From the human T2T-CHM13v2.0 reference genome, Homo sapiens: 64,000 nucleotides of DNA. Positions 26,435 to 42,699 of the stretch are shown here, piece after piece. Numbering within the stretch: the first letter of the stretch is position 1; each line of letters opens with the position of its first letter. The notes under the pieces are model-generated. The model ran no database searches and had not been told where the DNA came from. It worked only from the letters and a program-made list of their open reading frames with translations. Location: the NCBI RefSeq assembly GCF_009914755.1, contig NC_060927.1. One strand, given 5' to 3'. The translations under genes were made by a program, and so were the position numbers.

Positions 26435-26891
26435 GTGTCTTAGAAAATCTGGAGAAGAGATGCCTGATTAGGGCAAAGGGGAAGATTAAGAAAAACTGAA
26501 GTTCTTTCAGTCTCTGAGGCAGCAGAAGTCTGTGAAATGTAACTAAAGGTAGTTGCCCGCTTAAAAATAAAGGGAGTAGACTTTAATAAAGATGAGGAAC
26601 CTTTCCTTTTGGCCTACTTACATTAAGGTGAAAACTAGATTGAATTCTCCTTTGTTCCCCAAACAGCTTGCATTAGCAATGGCCACTGCCAAGCTTGGGC
26701 TGGGAGGGAAGCAGGCTTTATCAGTATGCAGATGAGGCGCTTGGGGCAGGCTGCTAAACCAAACACCCTGTGTCAGCAGCCTTTAACCTGATGGAGGAAT
26801 TCAGCCTCATTTCTGGCCAGCAAATCAATTCATCCCAGAGAGAAACCTTGGGGACAAAAATTCACACACCATCAGGAATTCAAAACCTTAC

Positions 26892-28325
26892 CTCCTGCAA
26901 GACTGGCTTCCAACAATTTGGAATAATAATACACGCCAACACAAAGACCCAAAGCAACAAAGACCATCTCAGACTGCTTAAACACACTTAAAAAGCTCTA
27001 AGCAGATGGTCAGTTCTGTCCCAAACTGAACAGGCTGCAGTGGACCTATCAAACACCATGTTAGCACAACGCTTTCATCTTTATTCCAAACTCTAATGCT
27101 CACTAAGCGTTCCCAATGACAGGCAAGCTCCATTTTCACTTTCATTTGGAGAAAGATGTGAACTAGCCCTCCCTCAACCAAATTTAGGTAAATAATCGTC
27201 TTTTTAAATCCAAAAGCAACAGCATCTTGTATATCTAAAATACCTTGTACTTTTCTTCTCTCGATGACGTACCTAGCGTACCCAATACCCTGGGTACATC
27301 ATTTTTTAACACTTCCTCCTCTGTACACAAAAATTTTCAGCAATAATCATGAAATTAAATGTACAATGATCAGAAAATAGTTGTAAACAGTAAAAAATGT
27401 TATTTTATTGAACTTTATATATCTAGTCATGTTAGTGAAAAAGAATAGAATAAAATATCAAAGTTAAAAAAAGAAGAAAAGAATGGATTAATACTTTTAA
27501 ATTAAATGCAAAAATTCCAATTTAAGTAACTATGAAATCATACCATTAACTTAACATTGGAGTTTTTTGCTCATTTCTTAATTAACTAACACTAAAGAAG
27601 AAACACCAATTTTAAAGATACTCAAATTTAAGTTATTCAAAAGATATTCATTATTTAAGATGTTTTATGTATAAACTAAAATTTGTACTTACCAAATGAA
27701 ATACCACATCTTGCAGTTCACATCCTGGTTCACTGTTTTAAATTTAAACATAAATTAAAACTCCAAGTGATCACAAAGAAAAAGCAAAAATGAGATAACT
27801 TGAGTTCTGTTGCTTCAACTTTATTATTGTTAATTTAGGACCCACCACAGCAGTTTAAGACTCAAACTGGCTTGAAGCAAACTTGAATGACTCAGAACCA
27901 TTGAGAATTCATTGCTGAAACAAACACTTGTAGTCAAGTCCACAGGTGTCAGAAGCCAATGACAAAACTGAGAATCTTCCAAATTAACTTCCATGTAGAC
28001 TACCTGTTTAGTAAATGGTAATAAAAATGTGCTAATCTGAAGATTACATTTATAGCAATTGTCTAGAATCTAAACTCAAAAAGTTTGTTATGTGTGTGGG
28101 GAGAATAATCATTGATAAGTTTTAAATTGTTGGTGCATGATAATAATAAAAAGCATTTTCAGTTGCGATTTATTATTTTTAAATTCTTTACAGACCATGC
28201 CTGTGTTTGGAGAGTATCATTCCCAACACCCCACTAAGTACTCCATTGACTTCTCTACCAAAGCTAAGTATACATTAAGAGTTCCAAAGTGTTCCACTTT
28301 GTTCCCACTCATGCCATCCTTTATT
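26892..28325 (-). pseudogene. Six relic exons: 28201-28325, 28004-28036, 27846-27914, 27693-27732, 27244-27320, 26892-26973
   Basis: NKGWHEWEQSGTLWNS*CILSFGREVNGVLSGVLGMILSKHRLAHFYYHLLNSNEFSMVLSHSSLLQASLSLKLLCEPGCELQDVVFHL / EEVLKNDVPRVLGTLGTSSREEKYKSEMVFVALGLCVGVYYYSKLLEASLAG; donors CAG|gcatgg, CAG|gtagtc, GTG|gtgggt, TTG|gtaagt, AAG|gtattt, GAG|gtaagg; one stop, one frame adjustment. Confidence 0.7.
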
Positions 28326-28627
28326 CTAAAGGATAAAGGGAGAGATATAATCCCTGCTCTCAAAATCTTAACATCAGTGGTGAAGATGCTCATCCTTGGA
28401 ATTAGTTTTGGTCTTCACTATTGATGCTAAGATTTTGAGAGCTGGGATTATATCTCTCCTTTCCTTGTTTCTCATGGCATAAATGCCAATTAAATAAATG
28501 AATAAACCAATTTATAAAAGATTTACTAATTTTTATTAAATGTATATATAATATCCTGGATAGTAATCCCATACATATTTTATTTAGAAACAGTTATATT
28601 AAATGTTATTTAATATTAAAAGCCTTA

Positions 28628-28960
28628 GGTAGATGAATCTTACCAAAAAACAAAAAAAGATTAACAAGTCAGACATTAAAAGAGTACATACTGTGTAATT
28701 CCATTAAATAAACTACAGAAACAGGGAAGCTATTCTAAGCTGCTAAATGTTAGGATCTTTACCCATTATGCTGAGCAATGAAGGGCAGTTGTGTTAATGA
28801 CTAAATGGCAGTACAAGAGATGTTTGGGAGGCTCTAGTAATGTTCAGTTTCATGATCTGAATTCTGGCAGCAAGAGCGTGTTCACTTTGTAAAAATTTCC
28901 CAACCAGAACATTTCTGTGTACTTTTCAATGGGTATATTATACTTCATTGAAACTATTTT
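28628..28960 (+). mobile_element. L1ME 3' end
   Basis: aaagagtacatactgtgtaattccatt; gtgttcactttgtaaaaatt. Confidence 0.7.
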
Positions 28961-29229
28961 TCTTAAAGAGGAAAAGAGCACAGAAAAAATAGTATGAATT
29001 AAAGAGAAAAGATATATTTTGACTACATATAAGAAATAGATGCTCAAAATCTTCCATAGAGTTGATTATATATCTTGAATTTCTCTAACCTTCCACTATC
29101 TCCTAAAGCCTCAGGGCATTGTCAGTTTATTTTGACTAGTTACTAATAACTGCAGAACTAAAATCAGCTTTAAAAATGTGCTCAATGACAGTTTGGGTTC
29201 CAAATTCATCTTCTTTGATGCCCACACAC

Positions 29230-29376
29230 CAGGCTGACTCTGGAATGGTCTCTTGCGACCAAAGCTTTACTCTTGGTGCTTCATTCTCCTCCTCTCTCGG
29301 CTTCTCTCACCTCTTACTTACACTAGGCTTTCTGAATATTCCAGAATATTCATATCAATACGTTCTCTCAAGTATT
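29230..29376 (-). pseudogene. Candidate relic exon ILERTY*YEYSGIFRKPSVSKR*EKPREEENEAPRVKLWSQETIPESA
   Basis: tttttctgtgtttatcag| acceptor; donor CTG|gtgtgt (alternatives at about 29321 and 29310); resembles the first beta-strand of LLTPs (TYxYxY). Confidence 0.45.
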
Positions 29377-29814
29377 CTGATAAACACAGAAAAATGTTCT
29401 TACCTTGTTCTCAAACCAAGTCAATTGATCCCCCATCAGTTTCTAGACTCCCCTAAAGTTTACCAGTGATGCCCTTGAGTGTCTGAATCAACTAAAAGTC
29501 CTCACCTACTTCATTCTCATCTCCTTTCCCCTGAAAACTCCCAAACCCCTTGATTTCTCATATTTCAAACTCTTTTTCCTGAAAGGAGAATGATTTGGGA
29601 AGGAAGACAAATGTGAGGGGCAATGCCCATTACTCATGGGTAAAATGGAAACACACTAGGGGCATGAGAAAAGGAGAGGAAGAGAGGAACAAACAACAGC
29701 AAGTAGGTGAACCACAGGGAGTCAAAAGTGCTGCAATTTAACACAACCATAACAGAAAAACATTGTTTACTGGAGTTTCTCCGAATCTAGTGATAACCAC
29801 AATAACAAGAACAG

Positions 29815-29937
29815 TATCAACAACAGCTATTATTTGTTGAAGGTCTACCATATTCCAGGCACTGGGCTCAGCAACTACTTGTTTGACCTGCACAACAAGC
29901 CAACAAAGTATGAATTTTCGTGTCCATTTTACTGATT
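29815..29937 (-). mobile_element. MIR
   Basis: tatttgttgaaggtctaccatattccaggcactg. Confidence 0.55.
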
Positions 29938-31844
29938 CAACCAAGTTTGAATCTACTTTTCATATGATGGTTATCACCACACAATATGGCAAATGCAACA
30001 CAGAAAATGAAGGACAGCTGTATCACAGAGTGAGCTCCAAATTCCAGAATCCATTGGAGAAATATTGTTAGTTTCAAGCATGAGTAGTCCATGTTCACAT
30101 AACAGAGATTATCGTTGATCGTATTTCTTTATATTAGCATTTATCATATTTTATTGAAATTGTTTGAGTACCTTCAAACTTCTGTGATGTTAGTTATTAC
30201 ATTTTATTTAACTTCGTATCTGCAGCATCTTGCAGGGTACTTGACACATCAATAACAATGGAGATTATTACAGGAAATAACTCAATATTTTCATCTCTTG
30301 TCTTAATAAAATGAAATAGAGGATAATTCCTCCCATTTCAATAAATCCATATTGAGCAGCAAATCTCCACATTCTTTTATTCCCCAATCAGGTTAAAACT
30401 AGGACCCAAAAAACCAATAACTAAAATCAATAACAATGATTTTCAAACTCTGTGCCAAACACCTAGGTGGCTTTTGTAGGGGATTCCATTTTGTTTATAT
30501 GTTGTTTCTGGGGACAAATTTAATTTATTCAAACACTCTGGCTCTATCTAGGTTCTAAATTGCCTCATTTCTGCTTTCTAAGTAGTTTTTCTACCACTAT
30601 AAAGTTTTGTAAAACATCTTGTGGTTTGGATAAAAAAAAAATTGCTAAGGGTCATTTGAGGGTTATTTTGTTTTTTGTTTCTGTTTTGTAAATAAAGAAA
30701 GAGATGAGTAATCTTATATGAGATCATTTCCATAAAATAGATAAGTAGCAGTGAATTTACATTATAGCTTGGGAGGGTGTGTTCATAAACTGGAAAAATA
30801 TTTATTGACAAAAAAAGTGATGAACAGTACTCTAGACAGGCTGCTGATGAAGGCTATTATGTCTCCTTGTGACTCAACTGGGGTCAGAATAAGGTGGCTG
30901 CTTCAGTTATTCTAAAGAGATTTCATTCAAATGTCAAATTTCACAATAACTCATTGTATGGCAGATTTAGTGTAAATACTAATTAACTGAAAGTTATCTT
31001 TTCAGTTATACTTTGATACTAATTAGAGAAATCTTTGTTCTGGACAGCAATACCATTAGAACATTTACTGACTTAGCTTGTGTCTCTTTGTAAAATCAAA
31101 ATTTTAAACATAAAATGTCAAACAAGCTTCTTCATGAACCAAAGAGATACAGACAAGTTTCTTTGAGAATGGGGCAAACATTCAGTGTCTTGGTGCCCAG
31201 ACAGTGGAGTAAGAATGGGACACAATTAATACAATTTTCTTCATGGTTTTCTCTGATCTTTCCCCAACAACTGATGGAAGAATCAACTAGGGAGTAGTTG
31301 TGTACCCTGGAGTACCACTGATCTCATTACCTGAGAATGTCTTTCTAGCCTAACAAGTGAAAACATGCTCTCTTATGATACATTCTTTATTATACCCATG
31401 TGCCTCAGAGGCAATGGTATAGCTGGGATCTACTTTGAACAAGATTCTTTTGTTGGCAAACAGAAGATGGCTCTTGTCTTTATAGAACACACCCACAAAA
31501 AATGCTATTTCTTACCTATCAAGAGGCCCAAAGTGTATCCAAGACTGGGAGTTAGAGCTATCTTTCCAGTAGCCCCTGCATGGAATAGTCACAGGTACCC
31601 ACCTGCTTACATGAACATCCAAAGGAAAAACAATTAAAAAATTTGTATCAGCTCTGAGGTTACCCAGATATACAAATGGAAGTTGTAGCTGTCAGTGCTA
31701 TTAATGTGAAGAGTTCATGATCAAGAGTGTAAAATACTCTCTAGTTTTACGGTAACCTGAAGCCTGGAAACACAGGCAAATGAATATCCATAATAAATGG
31801 GTTATTAGTGTTACATTACAATAAGTTATATAGTCAAAAGCATT

Positions 31845-32320
31845 GTACAATGTCTTCAATATGTTCCTCCTTTTTAGCAATTCATAGCTTAATGCTTTGT
31901 ACGAAATTGCAATGAGTGTGGTGCATTAATGCAGAATTTCCATCAGTCCCTATATATACATCTGGAATACAATGCCTCAGGAATTTATGTCTCTAATTTT
32001 CACTAAATAAACCTGTGCCTTTAGCATACCCCAGAATAAGTAAGTGAAAGGGTTCAGATCTAATAAGCATGCAGCCCACTTCACAAGACTGTGTGGTTCA
32101 ACCCAATTTACGAAATTATCCTCCACCCAGGCCCTCACCACTCTGGTGTAAGGAAATGGTGCACCGTCAAATACATCCACTCTGGTGACTTCACCTGGCC
32201 TGTCAACCTAGAATTTAGAGCTTTTTCTTTATTTTGTAATGGTGGAATGGACTATTCTTATATGGCAGTTTTCTCTAATGAACCATCGGTTATGATTCCA
32301 TAATTAGAACATAACCTGTG
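31845..32320 (-). mobile_element. Fossil Tc1/mariner-superfamily transposase C-terminal half (DD41D/rosa-like)
   Basis: DGAP...W...W.....DLNPFTYLFWGMLKAQVY, then after a frameshift LRHCI...NFVQSIKL*IAKKEEHIEDIV. Confidence 0.8.
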
Positions 32321-32333
32321 CTGCTTCTTTACA

Positions 32334-32556
32334 TTAATTTATTCCACAAATACTATTAAATTCCTATATGCTAGACTTCACTGTTCTAGATGTTTGAATT
32401 ACATCTATAAATAAAACCAAACCCTGGCCTTTGTTAAATGTACATTCTAGCAAGGAGATAACACAATAAACAATGAACATATAAGTAAGTATATAATATA
32501 GTATGTTTGGAGGTGACAAGTAATGGGAGAAAAAAGTAAGGCACAGTAATAGGAAG
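32334..32556 (-). mobile_element. L2a 3' end
   Basis: ttattccacaaatactatt...tacattctagcaaggaga. Confidence 0.65.
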
Positions 32557-34829
32557 TTGCATTAATATCTAGATACAGCATACAATGGGAAAAAATAAAA
32601 ACAATGACAAATTAAAAAATAAATACAGAAATTTAAATGGTCAATCTATAATAATATTTGGGTATGGCTGAGTTTCAAGAGAAAATGTTGTTAAAAAGAG
32701 AAACTTCCACTGGAAAATTGGAGAGGAAACATCAATCTCTTGATCCCAAATATATCTTTGACTTTATGACATGGAGAATTCACAGGTGGAAAATTAGAGG
32801 AGATTTCGGTTTATCACTATAGTTGATTCATGCCCTCCTGGGCAAACAAACAGTAGTCTACTTAGTCAACTTTCATTTTCAACTTGAAATGTTGGAACCA
32901 TTTGTTTGGATTTTCTGACAGGTAGTTGACACTATAAGCCACAAAACTCAATGATCCTAACAAGCTTCAAGTGAAGATGTAGAAGTATCCAGCTCAATGA
33001 GTTGCCATTGCTTATACTTTGATTTCCAGCACAAAATGGCTGGCCTTTGGCTGGCTGTTTGGTGAAGCATGCTTATGAGACATGAGGAGCCAGTTCTAAC
33101 TTCTCATTACATGAGGAAATGCTGTTTGAACATAATGCATTTCCTGGGACTTCTTGGTGTACTCCATCATCCCTCCTCCCCATACACAAACTGTCACTCC
33201 CTGACATCCTCAAATCCATGATCCATGACTCCTACTGACTGCCCCAGGAACAATGAGGGTGCTCCCTTAGAAGAAGGCATGGGGGGGGTGGAGTGACCGT
33301 TGAGTATACTCTGATTTTTTAAAAAACTGTCATATGGCGAGATAGTGGGTTTCAATGCTGTCACCTATTCAGTCAGCCCAGATGAACTAGAATCACCATT
33401 TCAGTTATATCATAGCTCCAGGCAAGAACATGTCACCCCCTTTATTTCCAGCTTCCAACAAGCTGCTTAGGCAGATGCTAAATGTGGTCCTCCCTGCCAC
33501 GTTGGGTAGAGTGGCCTTTGTGTGGGTTAATTGAGCCCCCACTCCATTTAATAGGCTGTTGAAGTCTTATTGAAACAGAGCTAGTGCCGCAGGTTAAATA
33601 CATTGCAGTGCTCTTGCTAATCCTCTCATTAACAGGGCTGGAAAGCTTGTTGGGAGCTGTGAGTTTGCATATATTAACAGGGAGCTCTTCACTCAAGTGC
33701 TATCAATAAAATGACAAAGCCAGTTTGCAAATAGTGAAATCAACAGTGACACAAAGCTAGATACCTTTAAAAAAATAAACAGCTTAATAACTGATAAATC
33801 TTATATTCACACTTGAGAGAAGGTAAAGATAAGCTGGGAAGAGATGACTTTTATTGGGTCAGACTTAAGACAGAAATGTAACTGATGTCAAACCACTGCA
33901 GAGACTAGCGGATGAAGTTGAATTGAGAAATGTTGTTAATGAGCCATTGAGGGTAGACCCACATTTAGAAGCACCCAAAATGGCACAGTATGTTGTTTTT
34001 TAATAAAGGGGTGGAAAATAAAATCCTGGCACTGGCTGAAATAGGTAAGGTGGAGAGTTGTAGGGTTGCCATCTCCTAGGAAAACCATGCCGACATAACC
34101 ATTTCAGAAAGCCTGTGGCATCAGAAGCAGACTCCTGATGCTGAGCCTGCTCTGTGCCAGCATGGAAGTGGGGGAAAGGGGACCCGTGAAACAGGGGGAG
34201 GATCACAGTGTGTTCAGCTGAAGACTGCCCATCATCAGTTTGTGTGTCACACAAGAAAATGGAAAGAGGATTTGGGGAGAAGAGTATCAGTAGATGGAGA
34301 TAGTGTCACAAAGGACTAATAAATATGGCACAAAGACAAGATCATTGGCAAATGATCTGTGCTGTTAGCCATCCTTAATGCTTAGTGAAAAGACAAATAA
34401 ATGCTCTATGATGTCAAACAGCAAAATGGAGCTTTTATGGCTGAGTGGATTTTGATTATCTTGGACAAAATGGTATCTACATTTTAGGAAAAATAAAAGT
34501 CTCCCTATGCCAACCGGTTAAATAGCAGGAGTTTACACCCTAGAGTATAATTTTAGAAAATAGCAGATGAGGGGTATTGGTGATAGTTTCCTAGGACTGC
34601 TGAAGAACAGGGTTGTTTTGCTGTTCCCCTCCCCGACTTGTTTGTGTGGAAACAAAAAACACCCAGGTATCAAAGTAAATCAAGTGTCACAGATCTGAGA
34701 GTTTCTGATCTTTAGAAAGTATGTAACTTCAAAGTTATTTTGATTTTTAAAAAGTGATTTGGACTAACTATCTAAAATTCTGTTGGTAATCAGCCATGTT
34801 TAAGTGTTATGGTGGATAATTCTCAACTA

Positions 34830-34975
34830 GATCCGCAATCATTCTATTGCTAACTAGCTGTGTGACCCTAAGAAAATCATTTATTCTGTCAGAACCTAAA
34901 TGTCCTTGTTTGTAACATGTATAACTTGCACTAGAGGAAGTCTAAATTCCTCCTAGTTCTCAAATTCCATGATTA
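34830..34975 (+). mobile_element. MIR3/MIRc
   Basis: ctaactagctgtgtgaccct. Confidence 0.6.
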
Positions 34976-35472
34976 AAATAACAGAAGGAAAGAAGTAATT
35001 TGTAGATTTTATAAAGAAAATAATTGGTATATTTTATTCTAAAACATAAATGGTCAACATAACTGACTTGTGATAATGGTTTGAAAGTAGAGAGAAAGTA
35101 AGCAGTCTTTGATAATTGACTTCTATTTGACCTACTCATTTATCAGTTCCTAGAGGAATGGGGTTGGCCTTACATGTTTCCAAAAAGCCTTACAGGGCTT
35201 CACACAAAATTGGCTTTAAATGTTTATTTATTATTATTTCAGAGACCATTTCTTTCATTTATTTATTTATTTTCAATAGAGTGTATATTTATTATTTTAA
35301 AAATTACAGCACTGGTAAAATCAGTAATGTGGCATTAGACTGGTATTTTGTTACATTGTTTCAAGTCACATTAAAGTTTCAGAGAAAGTAGAAGTACTGA
35401 TTTTACTCTACATGTTCAGAGACTATTTCTAAAGACTTTCCAAAACAATGGAAGCTAACATTTAAAAGTTTC

Positions 35473-37991
<2,519 letters not shown>

Positions 37992-38119
37992 CATTTAAAA
38001 GTTTCAAACCTTTCCCATCACCCGCTTATCAGTTGACTTATGATTGTTTAATCTCCAACTTTCTATATGAAAGCAGTTTTCCAGTCTTTCCCATTGATCT
38101 CTAAAGGAATCTCAAATCA

Positions 38120-38748
38120 TCCCTTGCTTTCTTTCCTACTGCTACTGCCTTTCTCACGGTTCTTCCTGCTGGTCTTCTTTCCCGTACATCTGCATAAAAG
38201 ACAGGTCAATTTGCCTAATGTCCACATTCAAATATATTTTTTACCTGCTTGCAACAGTTAGTGAATCGCCACCATGTGGCAGATTAATTACAGACCTGCC
38301 ATTCAAAACTTTTCATAATCTGGCTCTCACCATGTTAGTCTTATTCTCTCTTACTAAACTCTAAAATGTATGCTTTATATTGAGAGGATTTGCTGAACTT
38401 TCCTTTACTTTCCCATTGCTGGGCCTCTACCATCCCAAGTGCCCCCAAATTTCCAAGCACAGCTCACACAGTATCCTAATTTCTTTTTAGTTCATGAAGT
38501 GGAAACAAAATAAGAAGCTCCTAAGGTTTGCCATAAATATTCCACCGGAATCTCACATTTTTCATTCCCACATGAAATTCTTTCTGAGATATTAGACAAT
38601 AAATTTTATTCAGTACTACTAATACCTTGCAAGTTACAAACTTCAATAGGGCAGGGACATTGTCACTATTTTGGAATTGCTGCAAGGTAACTTGAGAAAA
38701 CCCTTCACCTAAAAGAACAATAAACATTTATTGAATTAAGTAGAATGA
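38120..38748 (+). mobile_element. Degenerate L2 fragments
   Basis: cattcaaaacttttcataatctggc; caataaacatttattgaat. Confidence 0.5.
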
Positions 38749-39019
38749 TTTATCAAAAATACTTGTCAATGGCCCCTTGTGAATTCTAAGCTTCTATTTA
38801 AATAAATCCTTTTAAAATGTGGATACTATCTGTGATTTATCCTTTGATACCTTAGAATCTCCATGGTTAGATTTTCCTTAAGAGCATTCATACATGTGGG
38901 TAGGCAAATAACTCCCTTGTGAAAGAGGAAATCCAGATTCCCAAGATGGCTGGTAATATCACTAACACAGCCAGTTAGTGATAGGCCTAGGACTGGAAGG
39001 GGTGGGTTTTTCTGATCTA

Positions 39020-39170
39020 GTTAGAGTGTGGCTCATGGGCCAACAGTATTAGCATCACTTGGGAGTTTATTAATAATGCAGAATCTCAGACGTCATTCCA
39101 GACATGCTGAGTTAGAATCTGGATTTTAGTAAGATTCCTAAGTGAATAATGTGCACATTCAAATTTAATA
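39020..39170. mobile_element. MER5A
   Basis: agcatcacttgggagtttatt...aatgcagaatctcag. Confidence 0.7.
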
Positions 39171-40882
39171 TTATCTCTTTTCTAGCACTATGGTCTGTAA
39201 GCAAAGAAGAAAAGAGATAATTTTGTTGAAGCTTTCAGGGAACAAAATGTTTATTTTAATTGAATCTCATAGATAAATATATGTTCATCAACCCCAACCT
39301 GTCATGAAAGTAGTCTAGGACAAAAAAAAAAAAAACCATCAAAAAAGAAATACATGGTAGGCACGCATTCTTATTTATTCAGGACCAATAATTATTATTT
39401 GGAGTCAAAACAAAACCTAAACCAGCTCACATGAAAAGGTATTAGCAACATGCTGATTCAGTTAAGACAAAGGAATGAATATAATTACCTCTTATTTCTA
39501 TTCTGCCTAAGGAGTTATTCTAGTTTAGCACAGCATTTGTCAAGGCTGCAGTAAAAACATTTTGGTCACTCCAAAATTTCAGTTACCCGAACCAAGTACC
39601 CTATATTTCGAATTCAGTTCTCTATTAAGTATAAAAATACTTCTCTTTAGGAAAATTGGGGTTTATTCTGGTCTACAATCATATTGCCAGATTTATAAAG
39701 CATTATTTATACCACTTGGGGAGTAAACACATAGGAAATCCTGCAGCTAAACAATGAATATGACCAACTGAATGAATGGAAGTAAAAGAAGACTGAATTT
39801 AAATTTACTCTCTTCTCTTCCTTTCTCCTCACCTTTTTTCTACTTTTCTTTAGAAAACAAGATTTGTCAGGGAGTTTCCTTGGAGAAGCACCTTGTCATT
39901 TCACCACTCTTTAAGACAACTGTGGAATCCAAGAGGGAAATTCTACCTTAAGAATTCCCCAGTATCATGTTGCCCCAAGTTGAAACTGATCACATTTATC
40001 AAACACTATAGAAGTGCTAATGGTATGCGTTGTTATCCACAGTTAATGCAATCAAGTGAACACTTTCAGTGCTCTGGTGTTGGGGATGGAGGGTGAGTGT
40101 GCAAGAGCTGTTCTTTGAGTGAGGCGAGCAGGAGAAATTATAACATAGGCTAGTGTGAAGTTCTTTCTTTCTAAAGAAAGACATGAGGGTTTCTGTGTCA
40201 ATTTGGTGAGATGCTAACAGTTCCTGATAAATTCTCTGTCATTGTTCAATGAAAATGTACATGAAAATGCAAGAAGAGAGGAAGAGACGAAAACCATTCT
40301 TCAAGTGGAAAAAATACAAGGCTATATGTTACAGACAGGAGAATATTTTTATTAAATTATAGCTTTGATGGCACTGGTCAGAGAAATATATCTTGGAATA
40401 CCCATATTTTACCTTCTGAAGAAAAATCAAAACAGCATGTATGGACTGGAACAGTAAAAACAAAAGGGATGGGGGTGTTAAATAAGTCTGCTGCCTTTAT
40501 TCAGCCCAAGGGCATAAATGCAGCACTACATTCAACTTAGGCACAGTCATCTAACAACATGACAATTGTTTTCCCCCTTTATTAAAAAAATGACCTTTAA
40601 TAAAGCTTCTGGGCCCATTTAGTTTTACAGGAAATCTTTCCCTGAAGTTTAAAAAATAGAAAATACATGTGTTACAATAATTCGTGCTATAGCATCATAA
40701 AAATAGAAAAAAAATACTCATTCCATTTAACCTTATAAAGATAGCAACACTGACGCAAAACTGGATAAGAATCCTCCCTACCCGACCAATAAGAATACTA
40801 TAGATAAATCCTATGTAAGAATAAGTAGAAAAAATACTAGATATAATAGTATCAGATGAAATTAAGATGACTGTAGTAGTTA

Positions 40883-41555
40883 TATGAGTAGGTAGTTAGG
40901 CAGACATAAGCAGGGCAGGAGAGGCCCCCCTTCCCCACCAGAAATGTCAGGCAACCATCAGGTGATGGTCAGGCAGTTGTTAAACTGTCTCTCTAAAATA
41001 ATAGTTGGTTTCAGCAAGAACCAGGGAAAGGCAGTCTCCCAATAGACAGAAAGCACCTGAAACTGGTTATCATCAGCTTCCTGATAAGATCTCAGGAGTT
41101 GGGTGAGTGGGCTCAAGCATCCGCACTAAGAGGAAAATGGCGGTTTAACTGCTATATGGTTTAACTGCTATATGACCTTCCTCTGGGAATGCTCAACTGG
41201 TAAGGAAAAAAATGCCTCAAGTGAGCATGCGTACAACTTCAGCAGACACACTGCAAATGTGGCCTCTCCCAAGTGCTGGCAGGCCACTGCACATGCAGAA
41301 TGCCAGCATATAAAACCCCAACTCAAAGATCAAAACAGCACACTTGAATCTCTCAAGTTACCTGCTCAGCCCTCTTCCAAGTGTGTGTCACTTCCTTTTG
41401 TTCCTGCTCTAAAACTTTTTAATAAACTTTCCCTCTTGCTCTAAAACTTGCCTCTATCTCTCTCTCTACCTTATGCCCCCTCAGTTGAATTCTTTCTTCT
41501 GAAGAGGCAAGAATTGAGGCTGCTGCAGACCTGTGCAGATTCACCACTGCTAACA
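40883..41555 (+). mobile_element. MER50 ERV1 solo LTR
   Basis: gagtaggtagttaggcagacat start, TATA and AATAAA, ends ctgctaaca; TSD gtta/gcta. Confidence 0.8.
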
Positions 41556-41609
41556 GCTACAGGTGTTTAGCCTTCCCAGAACACTATTTCATCCTAAGTA
41601 TCACAGGAT

Positions 41610-42225
<616 letters not shown>

Positions 42226-42699
42226 TCATTGCTGGGAAAGAAGGTCCTCTTTACTCTGGATTTGTTTCAGCTGGTCTGTTGTTAGCCATGTTTTCTGTCA
42301 CACAGAGAGAGCCTGTCTATCCTAATACAAAATACAAGTGACAGCTGGAGGGAGAGAAAGACAGAGAATCAGAGAAAGTTCTGGGGTTCACAGAAAGTTC
42401 TGGGGTTCACAGGTTACTACTTGCAATCCCTGCGGCCTGATTCCTTCAACTTTTCCTTCAGTTTTCTCAGATAGTCCAGTATCTTTTCTAGCAATATAAG
42501 TGAAGAAAACTCCCTCTCACTTCAGCTAATGTGAGCTGAGTTTTTATTACCTGACCATTTGCAATATCAGGTTAACTCAGTTACCAAACCTAGGTAAGCA
42601 AAACACACACAGTTGACTAATATCAGGTATGAATATAGAATAAACCATAATAATACCATAAAAAAAGCATTAATGTTGCATATAAAAAGACTAACTCAC

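Noticed and set aside
27244-27320. Alternative frame RRKC*KMMYPGYWVR* (IQ/DEP-like)
   Set aside because: Two stops, whereas the EEVLKND frame is open and in phase with the next exon
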